64,000 bases of DNA from Cenococcum geophilum (GCA_050273025.1 CP158636.1:2728001-2792000); one strand, 5' to 3'; positions 13,071 through 26,310 are shown, counted from the first letter of the stretch. The notes: a model not told the origin generated them from the letters alone. Numbers and translations: made by a program.

Positions 13071-13494
13071 TGTAACGGAACCTTATAGCAGTTACTACAA
13101 TAGGCTCGTTAATAGGCTAAGTATATAGGTAATATAAATTAAAGTTAATAACGTAATAATAACTAGTGGAGTAGTTGCTTAATAAATTAACTCTAATTAT
13201 ATTCTAAGAATTACTATAGGGAAGGAACTATCTAGGTAGGGACTAAGGGTCCTTAAATATATAACTGTACTCCTATAAAATCCTTCTTATACGTAATGTA
13301 CGTATGCTTTATTTACTTTGTTATAGATTATATAGATTATATAGATTATATAGATCATCCTACGTGACCTCGGTTACTATTTCTCGTCACATGGCTCTAT
13401 TGGCTCCATTCTGGACCGTGCCTGAATCAACCAACTAGCTTCTTCCGACTCTTCCCCAAGTAGTCGTAACATTGTACTTAAAGCGTCCGTAATA
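13071..13494 (-). mobile_element. Solo LTR of the element-A family
   Basis: Reverse-complement match to 2851-3273, termini TGTAACGG...CCGTAATA, 5-bp TSD GTAGG at 13066-13070 and 13495-13499. Confidence 0.92.
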
Positions 13495-13499
13495 GTAGG

Positions 13500-14270
13500 G
13501 ATAGAGTAAAACACTGCATGCTTAGCTACACGGAGGTTTTTAGCACTACTTTTAGGTTGGTAAAACAGGTATTTGCAATGGCATTTTCAAGCATTAGACT
13601 GGGAGCATTCTTTGTATTCCTTTAAATACCTGCTTAGATTCGGTGCTGTCGGGTGTCTTAGAAGTGTACTGAGCTCCCAAACAAGGCTTGGGGACAACCA
13701 CCAGTAAGGCCCTGAGGGCATCCGTGCTGATGTTCGCACCTGGGAGAGGGTATTTGAGATGAAGTATTTATTAAAAGGACCCCGATGTTAGACTTCAAGA
13801 TCATGGTGTTCTGGAGTAAAGTGGCACTTGGTAGGATGCAGTAGCCTACACAGAAATTTAGAAATTCACTTACAGGAAATTCGAAAGTACTCACTTTGAT
13901 TTTTATGTGCCAAGAATAATGGGGAAGGCTGATACTACTGGAGGGGATCAATGCTGTGAAACAAATGTGGAGTGTCTGGATGATTGATGGTAAAAGACAC
14001 AAGAGAGCTCTGACCAAGATAATGTCTGGTTCCATATTGGAAGGCCTTCTTCTGCACCTCGACGACTTCCTGCATTGGATCCTGAGTGTGGAGGAGACTT
14101 GTTTCAATAGCTCTTCCTCTCCATTAATTTGAGGGAGTCTCTGCTCGCCCAGCAAAATTCGGATATCGGAGCACCGCAACATAGGGCCTACGCATGTCCA
14201 CATACGTTTTTTTATATTATTGAGGGTCACGTCGCGTGGTAAGGGTTGGCCTTTAGAAGTGATACGCATG
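13500..14270 (-). pseudogene. Possible degraded gene at the edge of the AT-rich block
   Basis: GC-balanced DNA with long minus-strand frames broken by isolated TAG/TAA and an intron-like GTGAGT...TAG at ~13850-13895. No recognisable domain. Confidence 0.25.
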
Positions 14271-14882
14271 GTTCAAGTACAACTAGTTGCCACAACCCAG
14301 AAATAGAAAGCATTCCCGTGACAACATAAATATTTTATGTGAATAAGGGAACATATGACTGAATGCTAATAGACTTATCGTTCACAATATTTGTCCGAAG
14401 AAGCTCAGCGAAGGGCTGGGAATGTACCGGTGGTTGGAGGTTGCCACTTTAAAGTCTCCACAAGGCTCGCTAGACCAGGAAGTGGATCATGAGCGTGCCA
14501 GTGCATCACATCCCTCCACACCCAACCTCTCGAGAAAGTCACGTCAAGCTTCTTTGGTGTGACTTCTTTGCGTCAAAAGTCTTCGCGACCGCCTCATCAC
14601 GCGCTAGATGTGCCTTATCCCGTGATAGGAGGGAAGAGCATCGGATACCATCATTCGCCATCTCCGCACCATCTTCTCTTCGCCTTAAAACACACAGTAA
14701 CCCCCAAGAGAATATCCTGAGCTTTGGAGAACTCCCCACAACCCCTTCGCGCCCTGATATAGAGCTCCGAGTAACTCATACCTGAAGATTTGAGTGCTGC
14801 AATTGTTCAACTTGCCGAGACCAATCACCGTACGACCTCCCACCTGCTCCGCCTGCTTCACGACTTCTAGGCAGGTCCCACG

Positions 14883-17016
14883 ATGCCCTGCTTCCATGGC
14901 CTAGCAGTCAGCATCCATACTCCAGATGGACCACTGCCTGAATATTCGATTCAGAAGCAGTCCAAGTTCCACCGTATAACTTCCTACATCCCCGTCCCGC
15001 CAGCAAAGATCCCCGCCGGCTCCACTACGAACAAACCCGAACAGTCAACCTTCGCGATATCAATCACCCTCTTAACGCCTGGTCTCCACGTCCCATACTC
15101 AACTCCGAAGCCAACCCCAGAAGATAGCAGCCCACGACCAAAAATTGTCGGTGGTTTACCGGGGTTTAACAGCTCTAGTCAAGGCAAAAATGGCCCGGTC
15201 ATTGGACCTTATATACCGCTCACCCAATCGCCCAACGAGACCATCGCAGCTTATATATACTTTGATGGACGAGCGAAAGAGGAGGTGGCTACACTGCTGA
15301 GGAGAGGAGAGGAAACGTGGGTAAATTCAAGATGGGTTAGCGTGCCCGAATCGGAGGGCGGGGGCCTTGCGGAACGAGAATTCCTCTTCCGAGAAGTGGG
15401 CCTAGAGCGTTGGCTAAATGGATTGGACTTGGAAGGGAAAGATGTTGCCGCGCGAATTGAGCGGAGGAAACAGAGACTAGAGAAGAAGAGGAGGAAGAAG
15501 AGGGAGACTGTTGGGAGTGATGAGGAAGACGACGAGGCTGCAAAATCGCGAGTTCTCAAAAACGGAGTCCTTCGATACGGCGACGATAAAAACGCGCCAG
15601 TCCAGACACTTTCTGGAGACGAAGGTCTTTTTACCTCAGATTCAGACTCTGAGGATGAACCTCCTATGCCTGAAGCCGCTGGACAGATTAAAGTCGCATT
15701 ATTCCGAGTCCTTGCCTCGGGCGAAATCAAGCGAGGAGAGTACTCTCCTCAATTCGATGCTCACGACGACGACGAGAGCTCCACACAGAATGGCAGTTCT
15801 GGCGATGGAGATGCTGATATCGATCACACCACGAGCTTTGCGAAGCCGAAATCTCTTGATCCCAAGTCAATCAGCACTCAAACAGTCACTGGAATTGACC
15901 CGCCAGACAAACCGTATGCGGTTTTCACATTTTTGTACAGAGGCGAGCGTAAGTAAATTATCGTCTTGTATGAATTAACTATACTAAACAGTTTCAGGCC
16001 AACTACGAAAGATGGGGATTCTCTCCACCCCACCAATCGAGAAGAAGACGCCCGCGAGTACCAGGAGGAAATCTACTGGGCTAGACTTCACAAGCCTAAA
16101 GCCCTTGACCTCGACTGGCACCAAGAACTTTGCTGGATACCGCGATGCCTCGACTACATCTCCTCCATTTAATAAAGCCAAGGCTGGTAAGAGGAAAGAT
16201 GACGACGCAATGGATAGTGACGCCGATGACGAGGACTCTAAGATAAGCGAGGAAGTTGATGATAGTGACGTCAAGTCTGATAGCAAAGGCATGCTATCTC
16301 CCGAGGATGCATTACGGCAAGGAGAACTAGCAGAGGGAGTACGGAAAATCAAGGTACTTGACCATTTCCATTTCCAAATCTCATATCTCCTGCTTCAAGC
16401 CCACCTTCCGCCACCCACTTATATCGCACAACCTTCCTCTCATCCCTCGCCCCTCAATCCTTATACCCTATCTCCCATCTCCCATCTCCCATCTCCAATC
16501 TCCCACCTCCAATCTCCCATCTCCAATCTCCCATCTCCAATCTCCCATCTCCTATCTCCCATCTCCTATCCCCTATCCCCTAACCGAAAACGACTAACCC
16601 TTTCACAGCTAAAACGCCAACACTCCGCCGAACCCCTCAACGCGCCCTCCCCCGGCGCGCGCAAATCCCCGGCCTCCAGCAGCCCCATCTCCGGTACCCC
16701 AGCCCCCAGCAGCACCCCAGCCCCCAGCAGCACCGCCTTGGCCTCCCTCCCTAGCGGCGCGACGCCAGCTGCACAACCCTCGTCCGCGCTCCCCGCCGAC
16801 ATGGCGCCCGAGGCGATCGTCGGCAGCCCGTTTAAGAAGCAGCGCGCCAGCCTGCCCGGCTTCGACGACAGCATGCGCAAGAGCTTGGGGCTCGATCTGT
16901 TAGGCGGTGGTGGTGGGGCGGGGAAGGAGGGGAAGGTCGCGCCGTTGGGGAGTCTGGGGGAGAGCGGGGGGTGGAGCGCCGTCAAGCATGAGATGAGCGA
17001 GGACGAGGAGTTGTGA
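14883..17016 (+). CDS. Conserved fungal hypothetical protein (DUF7918-like), 3 exons
   Basis: ORFs 14883-15956 and 16012-17016 join via introns 15949-15997 (GTAAGT..CAG, giving YRGERQLRKMGIL) and 16354-16608 (GTACTT..CTAAC..CAG). The family name is from recall only. Confidence 0.8.
16467..16580 (+). repeat. Intronic heptamer microsatellite (CCCATCT/CCAATCT/CCTATCT)n
   Basis: Directly visible imperfect 7-bp tandem units inside intron 2. Confidence 0.85.
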
Positions 17017-17784
17017 CTCTGGGAGCTAGGGTTGCAGCGGGCTTTTGGATAGGGGCGCAGGTTGGATCTGAGGGGTCTGCTGGAGATGTGGTGTGGCAGA
17101 TGGGGGGCTGAGGTTATAATGCCTTCTTGACCTATCGTTGTTGGGTGAATGAGTTTGTTGGAGGATATGGGGAGCTAGGGAGAGGAAAGCGCGCGCAGTA
17201 GAGTTGAGCGCTGAGAGCACATACCATTACCGTGACCGCCCCGCCCGCCCTGCCCCGTCCCATCCATTCCCGTTCTGCGCGCGCGACGTGCTGGGTTCCA
17301 GCGTCTTTTTATGGTGAACGAAGTTCAGGCTAGTGGAGCGGGCGGGTCGGCAGGCGAAGAGAGCTTTCGGATTACAGCACGCTACATATCTTTCCTTTGT
17401 AGCAGATGGCGCGAGTTTGCGTAGGATGGCTGGATGCGGGGGAAGCTGGCGTCGTTCTTTTCATTTTAGGCTATGTTTTTTTGAGGGGTTTCGGAGAGGG
17501 GGAGAAAGGGGCTCAGAATACTAACTAACGTCTGCATGTGGGTAGTTGATACTATTAGGGGATGGTGTAGCATTAAAAAATACCCAAAGATTTTCGCAAT
17601 GGATGTGATCGTGTGCGTATTTCTGCTTTTTGAGTGACTTAGTGATTTATTGATCTAGTGACTCTATATTGGATTTTGCTATAGGTATTATTCCGCCTGC
17701 TCAATGCTTCTAATGCGTCTTACGCCGAACCCAGCCAGCTACGCCGATTATAGCCTATCTAGGCAGACCTAAACTAGGGGAATG

Positions 17785-19297
17785 CTATAGCTTAAAATCA
17801 ATCGCAGCCATCTCCCACCCCACCTCGCTCGGCTCCTTCGCTGCAATGCGCTCCGCCAGTGCCATCTTCCTATCTCGCGACTTCTCCGTGCACAGCTCAT
17901 ACAGCGTGCACAAGTTAAACGTCAGAGAGTGGAACGGCGGCGACACAGCCGTGAGGTCCGTCAGCAGCTTGCGGGCCTCTGAGATCTTGCCCATATACAG
18001 CAGACAGACAGCCAAGTTCTGCGTGATCATGGCGTCGTCGCGGTACTCGAAGTGCAGCTCGGTCCACGCCTGCACCGCGGCGTGATAGTCACCCTCCGCG
18101 ATCCTGAGGAGCGCATTGAGCGTCGCTTCCGCTTTATCATTACCTTTACCTTCGCCCTCGCCCTCGCCCTCGCTCTCCGCGTCCTCAGAGCCAGCAGAAA
18201 GCGCAGCAACGCAGCGTCGCGCGGCCCGGACATCCCCAACCCGCAACCACACCAGCGTCTCCATAACCAGCACCTCCCTCGCGCCATCCTCGTCGCTCAT
18301 CCTCTCCTCCACCGACGCCAGCGTCCCCAAATGCCTCCCCGCGCCTTCCAGCTCGCCCATCTCGACCAGCACGTTCGCAACCCGCACGCCGCACTCGCGC
18401 AGCCTCGCCCGCCACACACGCCTCTCGTCCGCGCCCTCCGCGCGCGCAGCCGCTTCCCGCGCCTCCCGCGCCAGCTCGTAGTAGCCCATGACGCCCTTGC
18501 GCGAGTCGCCGTAGCCCAGCGCGGCGAGGCGCACGGCGAGCACGCGCAGCGGCCAGGGGACGACGTGCGCGTTGGTGAGCGGGTGGCGGTAGAAGGCGCT
18601 GCTGAGGTCGCCGAGCGGCTTCGCTTCCTGCGCGGCGAGGGCGTGCTCGTTCAGCAGGCAGAGGCAGGCGAGGCGGGTGTGCAGGAGGGTGAAGATGGAG
18701 GCGGTGTCGGTGGGTGCGGTGGTGGTGGTGAGGGCGCGCGCGGCGGAGATGGCGGCGAGGCGGTAGTGGCCGGTTTGGAGGAGGGTGGGGAGGGGGTCGG
18801 CGAGGGAGGGGAGGGCCGGGGAGGTGAGGAAGGGCGCGGGGATGGCGGTGGAAGGGAGGGCGTGGTAGAGGGTTGGATCGAGCAGGTAGCTGAAGTCTTT
18901 GGCGGGGAGGTCGGACAGCGTGGGCGTGCTGGCATCTGGGGAGAGGGGGGAGGTGGTGGTGGTGGTAGTGGCTGAGCGGGTGGGAGAGAAGACGCGGCGG
19001 GGAGTGTTGGAAGTGGTGATGGCGGCGGGAGCGCGGTGCTCAGCTAGGGGGCTGAGAGGTTAGCTGGGTGGTGTAGAGGGGAAGGGTTGCGGGGAACTTC
19101 ATACTCGTCTACGTCGGTGTTGAGGGGCCCTTTGGTGGAGCGGCGAGGAACGGCGACTGTGGTGTGTCAGTTGGCCAGGGCAATTGGAAGAGAAGAGAGA
19201 GTATCAGTATAGTATTACCTCGCCTTCGCTCGTCTCCGGATGCCACGCGGCCATGACTCCGTGTCCTGTTCGGGGTGTTGGTGGACGATGAATTCAT
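17785..19297 (-). CDS. TRAPP complex subunit 12 (TRAPPC12/TTC15)-like TPR protein, 3 exons
   Basis: Spliced frame gives RRSTKGPL..DFSYLLDPTLYH..WPLRVLAVRLAALGYGD..GYYELAREAR..NLAVCLLYMGKI..FNLCTLYELCTE, as in fungal TRAPPC12 homologues. Introns at about 19157-19218 and 19052-19114. Confidence 0.75.
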
Positions 19298-19331
19298 TGC
19301 TTAAATGGGTGCAGGTCAAATTTGGATAGGT

Positions 19332-19901
19332 AACGTGGGTCACCGGGTTATGACGGTCCACTGCACACCAAAATACTGCCAAATTAGGAAAAGCGGTTTC
19401 CTACTGCAGATTTCCGTCATAACTACGGAGGTCGTTGTCATAAGTTCTTGCCCCTTCCTAATTAGGAAATTAAGCGACTGCGCACGCGCAATCACGGGTG
19501 CGCAGCTATCAGCCTACCCCACGTAAATTTAGGCACGATCCCGCTATAAATGCGTAATTTTTAACACTGCTACATAAGCTGCAATACCGGCTGCGTAAAT
19601 TACAACACAAATTAATTTTAATAAATTTTAAGTTATAATAACTACTTTAATACTATTAATTATAGAATAACTTTAACTTAGAATTTATATAAAGCTTATG
19701 AAGTTTTAGATAAAAATATGAAAATACTTATTTAATAATATACTAAGAGTGTTAGTATCTTAACTTCCTAATTAAGAAGGTGCAAGAACTTATGACAACG
19801 ACCTCCGTAGTTATGACGGAAATCTACAGTAGGAAACCTCTTTTCCTAATTTGGCAGTATTTTGGTGTTCTGTCATAACTGGGTGGACCGTGACCCACGT
19901 T
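19332..19901. mobile_element. Fold-back/MITE-like element with ~110-140 bp inverted arms
   Basis: 19365-19475 (ACACCAAAATACTGCCAAATTAGGAAAAG..) is nearly the reverse complement of 19757-19868. Outer AACGTGGGTCAC (19332) pairs with GTGACCCACGTT (19901). AT-rich centre. Confidence 0.8.
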
Positions 19902-19921
19902 GTGCGGTGAGGGTGCGCAGT

Positions 19922-19931
19922 CCGATCTCGG
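19922..19931. promoter_or_regulatory. Candidate Leu3/LeuB site (CCG-N4-CGG) upstream of ILV2
   Basis: CCGATCTCGG ~290 bp upstream of the acetolactate synthase ATG. ILV2 is a known Leu3 target in yeast. The motif is short and may be chance. Confidence 0.35.
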
Positions 19932-20221
19932 GGCGAGCTGTGAGAGGAGCTTAGGGCGGCAATGAATTGCGTGGCTTGCAATTGGTAGAGTGGGCCTTCT
20001 CCACAGTCTGGGCGTCGCTGTTTTTGTCGGTGGCCCTGTCGGATATTGTTCTGAATTTTGCCCCCTCAGCCGAAAAAATGATTGCCTGTGAGAGTCATTC
20101 ACGACACCATCCCCCAATTCTTAACCTACCCACCCGCTTACCCCGACCATACGAACGCACTTGCTTTTCATTCTCTCCCTCCCCCGCGTCTACTCCAATT
20201 GGTGCTCCCCTCCCTTTCAAA

Positions 20222-22458
20222 ATGTTTAAGGCACGCGATACAAAGCGTGCCATCCAGACGCTGAAGCACTCTCGCACTTTCTCCTCCACGCCTGCCCGGC
20301 CCGCTGTCTCGCCCTACAGGAGGGCAACTCAAGCTGCCCCCACAAAAGCTCTCAAGGACAGCCCAAAGAGGCCTCAAAGCACAGCTGCGGCAGCCACACA
20401 GGAACCTCGGTCTCGCTCAGCTCCCGCCTTCAATCGAGATGACTGGAATGATGTGCAACCTCTCAAGCCGTACAGGCAGCCTGAGATGGACCACTCATTC
20501 GTCGGCATGAAGGGAGGAGAAATATTCCACGAGATGATGCTGAGGCAAGGCGTGAAGCATATTTGTGCGTTTTCAGCCCAATTGCTCTTCACCGTCTTTG
20601 TGCGATTTTTCAATTTGCTAACTATGACTCAGTTGGATACCCTGGAGGAGCCATTCTGCCCGTATTCGACGCCATCTACAAATCCCCACACTTTAACTTC
20701 ATCCTACCGAGACATGAGCAGGGCGCTGGACATATGGCGGAAGGCTATGCACGTGCATCCGGCAAGGTTGGCGTTGTTCTCGTCACCTCTGGACCCGGCG
20801 CCACCAACGTCGTAACGCCGTTGCAGAATGCTCTGATGGATGGCACGCCAATGGTCGTCTTCTGTGGGCAAGTTCCCACTAATCTCATTGGTTCTGATGC
20901 TTTTCAAGAGGCCGACACCATCGGCATCACAAGAGCTTGCACGAAGTGGAATGTCATGGTCAGGGATACTGGTGAACTGCCAAGACGCATTAATGAGGCG
21001 TTCGAGATTGCCATGACCGGCAGGCCCGGTCCTGTTCTTGTTGATCTGCCAAAGGACGTCACTGGAGGTGTTCTATCAAGACCCATTCCCGTTTCGAGCA
21101 CCCTTCCAACGCACCCCAGCGCAGCAACCATTGCCGCTAGGGAACTAAGCAGGAAACAGCAGGAAGCATCGATCAAGCGATCCGCAGACCTCATCAACAT
21201 CTCAAAGAAACCCGTCATCTATGCTGGTCAGGGCATGGTCAGCACCCCTGATGGTCCCAAACTCCTGAAGGAGCTCGCAGACAAGGCCGGCATTCCGGTC
21301 ACGACCACTCTCCAGGGCTTAGGCGCATTCGACGAGCTTGACGACAAGTCCCTGCACATGCTCGGCATGCACGGCTCCGCGTACGCCAACATGGCCATCC
21401 AAGAAGCCGATCTCGTCATCGCCCTCGGCGCTCGCTTCGACGACCGCATCACAGGCAACTTATCGAAATTTGCGCCCGCCGCCAAAGCCGCAGCAGCCGA
21501 AGGCCGTGGCGGCATCATCCACTTCGAGATCATGCCCAAGAACATTAACAAAGTAGTACAAGCGACCGAAGCCGTCGAAGGCGACGTGATCACGAACCTC
21601 GCGCAACTAATCCCGCACATAAACGCATGCCCGGAGCGGCCGGAATGGTTCGGCCAGATCAGCGACTGGAAGCAGCGGTTCCCGTGGGCGTACGAGAAGG
21701 AGGGCGTGAACGGGCTGATCAAGCCGCAGACTGTCATGGCAACGCTATCGAAGCTGACCGAGCCGATGAAGCAGAACACCGTCATCACGACGGGCGTGGG
21801 CCAGCACCAGATGTGGGTCGCGCAGCACTACCGCTGGCGGCACCCGCGCACCATGATCACGTCCGGCGGGCTAGGCACCATGGGCTACGGGCTGCCGGCC
21901 GCCATCGGCGCCAAGGTCGCGCGCCCGGACGCGCTCGTCATCGACATCGACGGCGACGCGTCCTTCAGCATGACGTTGACGGAGCTGTCGACGGCGGCTG
22001 AGTTCAACATCGGCGTCAAGATCGTCGTGCTGAATAACGAGGAACAGGGCATGGTGACCCAGTGGCAGACGCTGTTCTTCGAGGACCGCTTCTCCCACAC
22101 GCACCAGAAGAACGCGGATTTTGTGAAACTCGGCCATGCCATGGGCATCCAGGCTGACCGCGTCGCCAAGCCGGACGAGCTAGAGAAGAAGCTCAAGTGG
22201 CTGCTGGAGACGGATGGCCCGGCGCTGCTGGAGGTCGTGACGGATCAGAAGGTCCCAGTGCTGCCGATGGTGCCGTCAGGGTGTGCGTTACATGAATTTT
22301 TGGTGTACGATGAAGGTGAGCTTATTCCCTCCCCAAACCCCTTTTTTCCCTTTTCCCTTTTGTCCATTGCGATGTGGATCGGTGGACTCGAGCTAACGGG
22401 CGACGCAGCGACGGAGAAGAAGCGGAGAGCGCAGACGCGAGAGCGCTCCGGGAGGTAG
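20222..22458 (+). CDS. ILV2: Acetolactate synthase catalytic subunit, mitochondrial, 3 exons
   Basis: Mitochondrial-type presequence, FGYPGGAILPVFD, RHEQGAGHMAEGYARASGK, TPP motif DIDGDASF..NN. Introns 20565-20632 and 22316-22408. Confidence 0.97.
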
Positions 22459-23102
22459 TTGTTATGAAGCCTTCCCTCCCCCCCTTTTCTTTCTGCCCAC
22501 ACCTTTTTTTTCTCCCTTCACTTAGATGGCGTGTTTTTCGTGTAAATTTTCCTCCATGGTTTCTTTCTTGCATCGGGCGTTTTTTTTCTGGGAGGTTAAA
22601 AAAGGCCTTTGATCCCTTACCTATTTTTCTTTCTTCAAAATGGAGATGATTGTTGGTTTTTTTCGTGTGGGGTCGCTTCCCCGATTTAGGGGTGGGGGAG
22701 GAGTTTGTTGCTTTAGCTAGCTGGTTGCAGTTGAAATAGTTCTGGGGGGTGAGGAGACGAAATGGAATGAAGGGGGACGAAATATGAATTATATAGATGG
22801 ATAGATGATGAAGGATTGACGGGGTTTCGAGGTGCTGGTCGCTTGATAAGTGCTAGCGCATGGGAATATATCTGAATATTCTACGGATGCCTGTGGCGTG
22901 ATATGTGTATCCAACACGCTGGGTCTGTGGGCTAACCTCCCGTCTACGACAACCCCCATCTGCATAGCGCTGGGACTCCTATCTCTACGCCTCCACCAGC
23001 CAGCCACTGTCTACTGACGCCGTCACCGCCGCATCCGCAACCGCCCCCTGAACTACCCCCCTCCCGCCCTCTCCATCCTCGTTGCGCCCTCCCGACCCCC
23101 CG

Positions 23103-24238
23103 TCATAACCACGTCGCAGGCAGCACGCCTAGCGGCCGCGGGGCCGCACGTCCGCTATGCGCATTGTCGAACGCCGTGACCAGCCCGACCAGGTGCACCG
23201 CGGCGGCAAGCACGACGAGCGCGTGGAAGAGCTGGTGCGAGGAGCCCCAGATATCGAAGGCGCCAGGGCGAGCGCGTTCGGGGAAGCGGGCCTGGAGGGG
23301 AGGTGGTTAGCTATGGGAAGGGGATTGGGGTGAGATTGAGATTGCGGGGGAAAGGGGCGGGTAGTGTGTGGGGACGCACGGCGTATAAGCCTGCGCCGAC
23401 GATGTAGAGCATGCCCTGCAGCACGACCCAGCGCAGGCCGATGGTGTGGGTTAGGGTGGCGAGCCCGTAGAGCTGCATGCCGTGCAGGATGGGCAGCACG
23501 GCGGATAGGCCCATGGCGACGAACATGGCGGCGCGGAAGGGGCGCCATTGTGGGGTGCGAAATTTGGGGGAGACGGAGACGATGGCGCAGCCGGCGCCTA
23601 TGGTTGTGATCTGGGGTTTTGGTTATGCCCGGTTCGATGGTTTAAGGCTGAGAGGGAGAGTTGGGCTGGTGGGATAGGGGGAAGATAGGAGAAGGGAGGG
23701 AAGCGTTTTTTACCATTGCCCAGTAGAACTTGATCAGCTGCACGTCTGTTTGGAAACCGTAGTACAGCGTAGGGATGAAGCTGCCCCAGATCAAAAACAC
23801 GATACCCAGATAGTCCAGCTTGTTCCCGAAACTCGCTACAGCTTGGGAATGGTTTGAGATGGTATGATACGTTGCGCTCATCCCTAGACAAGCCGCCGCA
23901 CCGAGGAAGAAGCAGCTGAACACGACAACATCTTCCCTCGTAGCCGTCTCATATCGCGGCTCGAGGACTGAATAGAGAACGATGCCCGACGTAATGGCCA
24001 GGACCGCGCCAATCAGGTGCGAATAGATGTTGACAGTTTCGTTATGCAGGTACCCGAGACTCTGCGCCGATTTCTTGTACGAATTTGATGCTGGCCGGTA
24101 CCCGCTGTGAATGTAGTGGTTGTCTTGCTGCCAGGTGGGCAGGTCGTGCCATAATACTGTTAATCTCTTCTCGATTTCTTTTTCGGCTTTGCTGGCGCTT
24201 TCTGATATAGATTCCGCGGCATGCTTGGCGATATCCAT
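23103..24238 (-). CDS. PAQR/hemolysin-III family membrane protein (IZH-like), 3 exons
   Basis: WQQDNHYIHSGYR, HNETVNIYSH, SATYHT..NKLDYLGI and RFPER..PGAFDIWGSSHQLFH. Stop TGA at 23103-23105. Confidence 0.93.
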
Positions 24239-24667
24239 ACTAAATAACTGGTAACGAGAAAATAGAAATGGAAAGTAGATTGAAAGGGAAATTTGGAAGT
24301 TGAAGAATTATTACCAAAAGAAACAGCTGTCAAACCTATATATGTATAGCATTGCGTCTTTTGGCCACGAAACTACCAAGGTACGAATCTGTTGGGACCG
24401 GGGATTCGCACGTATGGGAGTCGGAAAGGTGCAGGGTAAGCATGTGAAAAATGTTCATAGGCAATTTAATGTGACGTCGGACCGCCTTCTCCTTTCTCCG
24501 ATGAGCCGCCATGCCGCCCGTGACATTCACCTTTGTTTTGCTGCGAACACCACAGTCTGTTCTGGATATGTATTCCAAGCACTGATGACCTCCACTCTTT
24601 GTGCTGTTCGCAGCAGACAAAGATGAACTCCAAGTCAGACGTTCCATTGAGCATGATCTCCTCACAA

Positions 24668-25684
24668 ATGATGGCTGCACAACAACGACCAAGCAGTAAG
24701 CGGGGTCCCTCTGGAGCATGGAGTCGACTGAAGACTGGACCTGTTGATCCACTTGAGAGCTACGGTTTACCTTCAAAAGGTGAAACTAGGTTCGTATATA
24801 TCAAGCTCGTCGAATGTAGCTAAACTTCCTATGCAATTTCTCACAGCGGATGAACTAGGCTCAACGACTTCAAAGCCCAAGAAATCTACTACAGCAAAAT
24901 CGTCGAGCGCTACATGAAATTCTGCGCCGCATCCGGCGGCAGCGACAAGCTAGACAAGCAACTCGCCGCCCTCTCCCTCAACACCACCCCTCCCAGCACC
25001 TCCGCTCCCCCCACGCTGCCCTCCAAACCAACCCCACTGTTTTCCCCCTCCCGCCCCTCCGGGAGCAGCGCCCCGAAACCCGCGCCCTTGCCCACCGCCG
25101 AGCTCGCCACCATCCTCACCGCACTCCGCAAGCTGCGCGAAGCCATCATCGCCACAGCCCGCCGCGACATCTTCGCCCAGCGCGCCTACATCTTCAACAT
25201 CCACGCCGCCATCCTGACCAAAGACTGGGAGTCGTACCAGCCTGCGCTGCTCTCGCTGCTGTACAAAATCCACCCGCACACGCCGCTGCCGGCTCCCGAT
25301 CTGCACGAGTTCGTCGGCTACTGGGTGCTGGATCTCGCGTGCCGCCAGTCCGACCTGATGGCCGCGCACGCTGCCAGGGCTGTGTGGGGCTACAAGGACC
25401 GCCGTGTGGAGGTGGTGCTGAAGGCCCTGGCGCATGATGACTGGGTTGGGTTTTGGAAGATGCGGAGAGCCGTGGATGGGTACCAGAAGCGGGTTATGGA
25501 GTGGGCGGAGGACGGGGTGCGATTGCATGCGCTGAAGTGTTTGGGGAGGGGCTACATGACGGCCGATAGGACGTATGTGGAGCGCTGTACGGGGAAGGGG
25601 TGGGAGGATTTGGTAAAGGATGGAGTGGGATGGGAGTTGGTGGAAGGGGAGAAGATTGTGATTAGAAGGCCGAAAGTAAAGTAA
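24668..25684 (+). CDS. Conserved fungal protein, PCI-like (CSN8/PSMD8/eIF3K-type) domain, 2 exons
   Basis: Exon 1 ..DPLESYGLPSKGETR is spliced (intron 24790-24858) to LNDFKAQEIYY..LRKLREAI..WESYQPALL. The start codon could be 24623, 24668 or 24671. Confidence 0.75.
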
Positions 25685-26310
25685 GGGCGAAGGAGCAAAG
25701 GCAAGAGGCAATCGCGAGAAGAAATACAAAGGCAAACGACATGTATAGTGGAACGGCAGCCACTGCGCTAGGTCAGGCCTCTTTTACGACTGAAATTCCT
25801 GCCCTCGTCTCTGAAACATGGCTGAGCAGGCCTTATGAATCTTAATGCTAGGAATTCGCGTAGAATTAGGCCTGCTACACGAGCGAAACCGTGTAGCAGG
25901 ATTCGGAGACGTCGATGAATAAGCTCGCGATGGAAGCCAAAGCACCAGCGAAGCGCTCTTCAAGGTCGCACCACTCTCGCTACCACAAACGTAACACATA
26001 GATCTAGAGCTTAGCAAGGCAGTACGGCTACAAGAACCTAGTAAGGTAAGTAATAGTCGTAGGTAAATAACGCGTTTCAATACTTTTAAGAATAGATAGA
26101 AAAATATAGAATAAGACGCTAGCTAAAATACGTAAGCATATTTTAAAGAAATTTGGCCTATTGAAGAAAATAATAAAAACACCAGTTAGTAGATATAAAG
26201 TAAATAAGTACCGTCAAAATTATATATTATTATACTCTCAGTATTTAAATATACATGAGTTTAAGTTTATAAATTTACTTAAAATTATCTTTTTAACTAC
26301 CATCTACATA

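Noticed and set aside
18052..18975. 307-aa plus-strand ORF and other long antisense ORFs (e.g. 24950-25735, 52012-52923)
   Set aside because: Shadows of GC-rich genes on the opposite strand with no independent motifs.
20624..20631. ATGACTCA Gcn4/CpcA-like site in ILV2 intron 1
   Set aside because: Overlaps the 3' splice acceptor, is short and could arise by chance.
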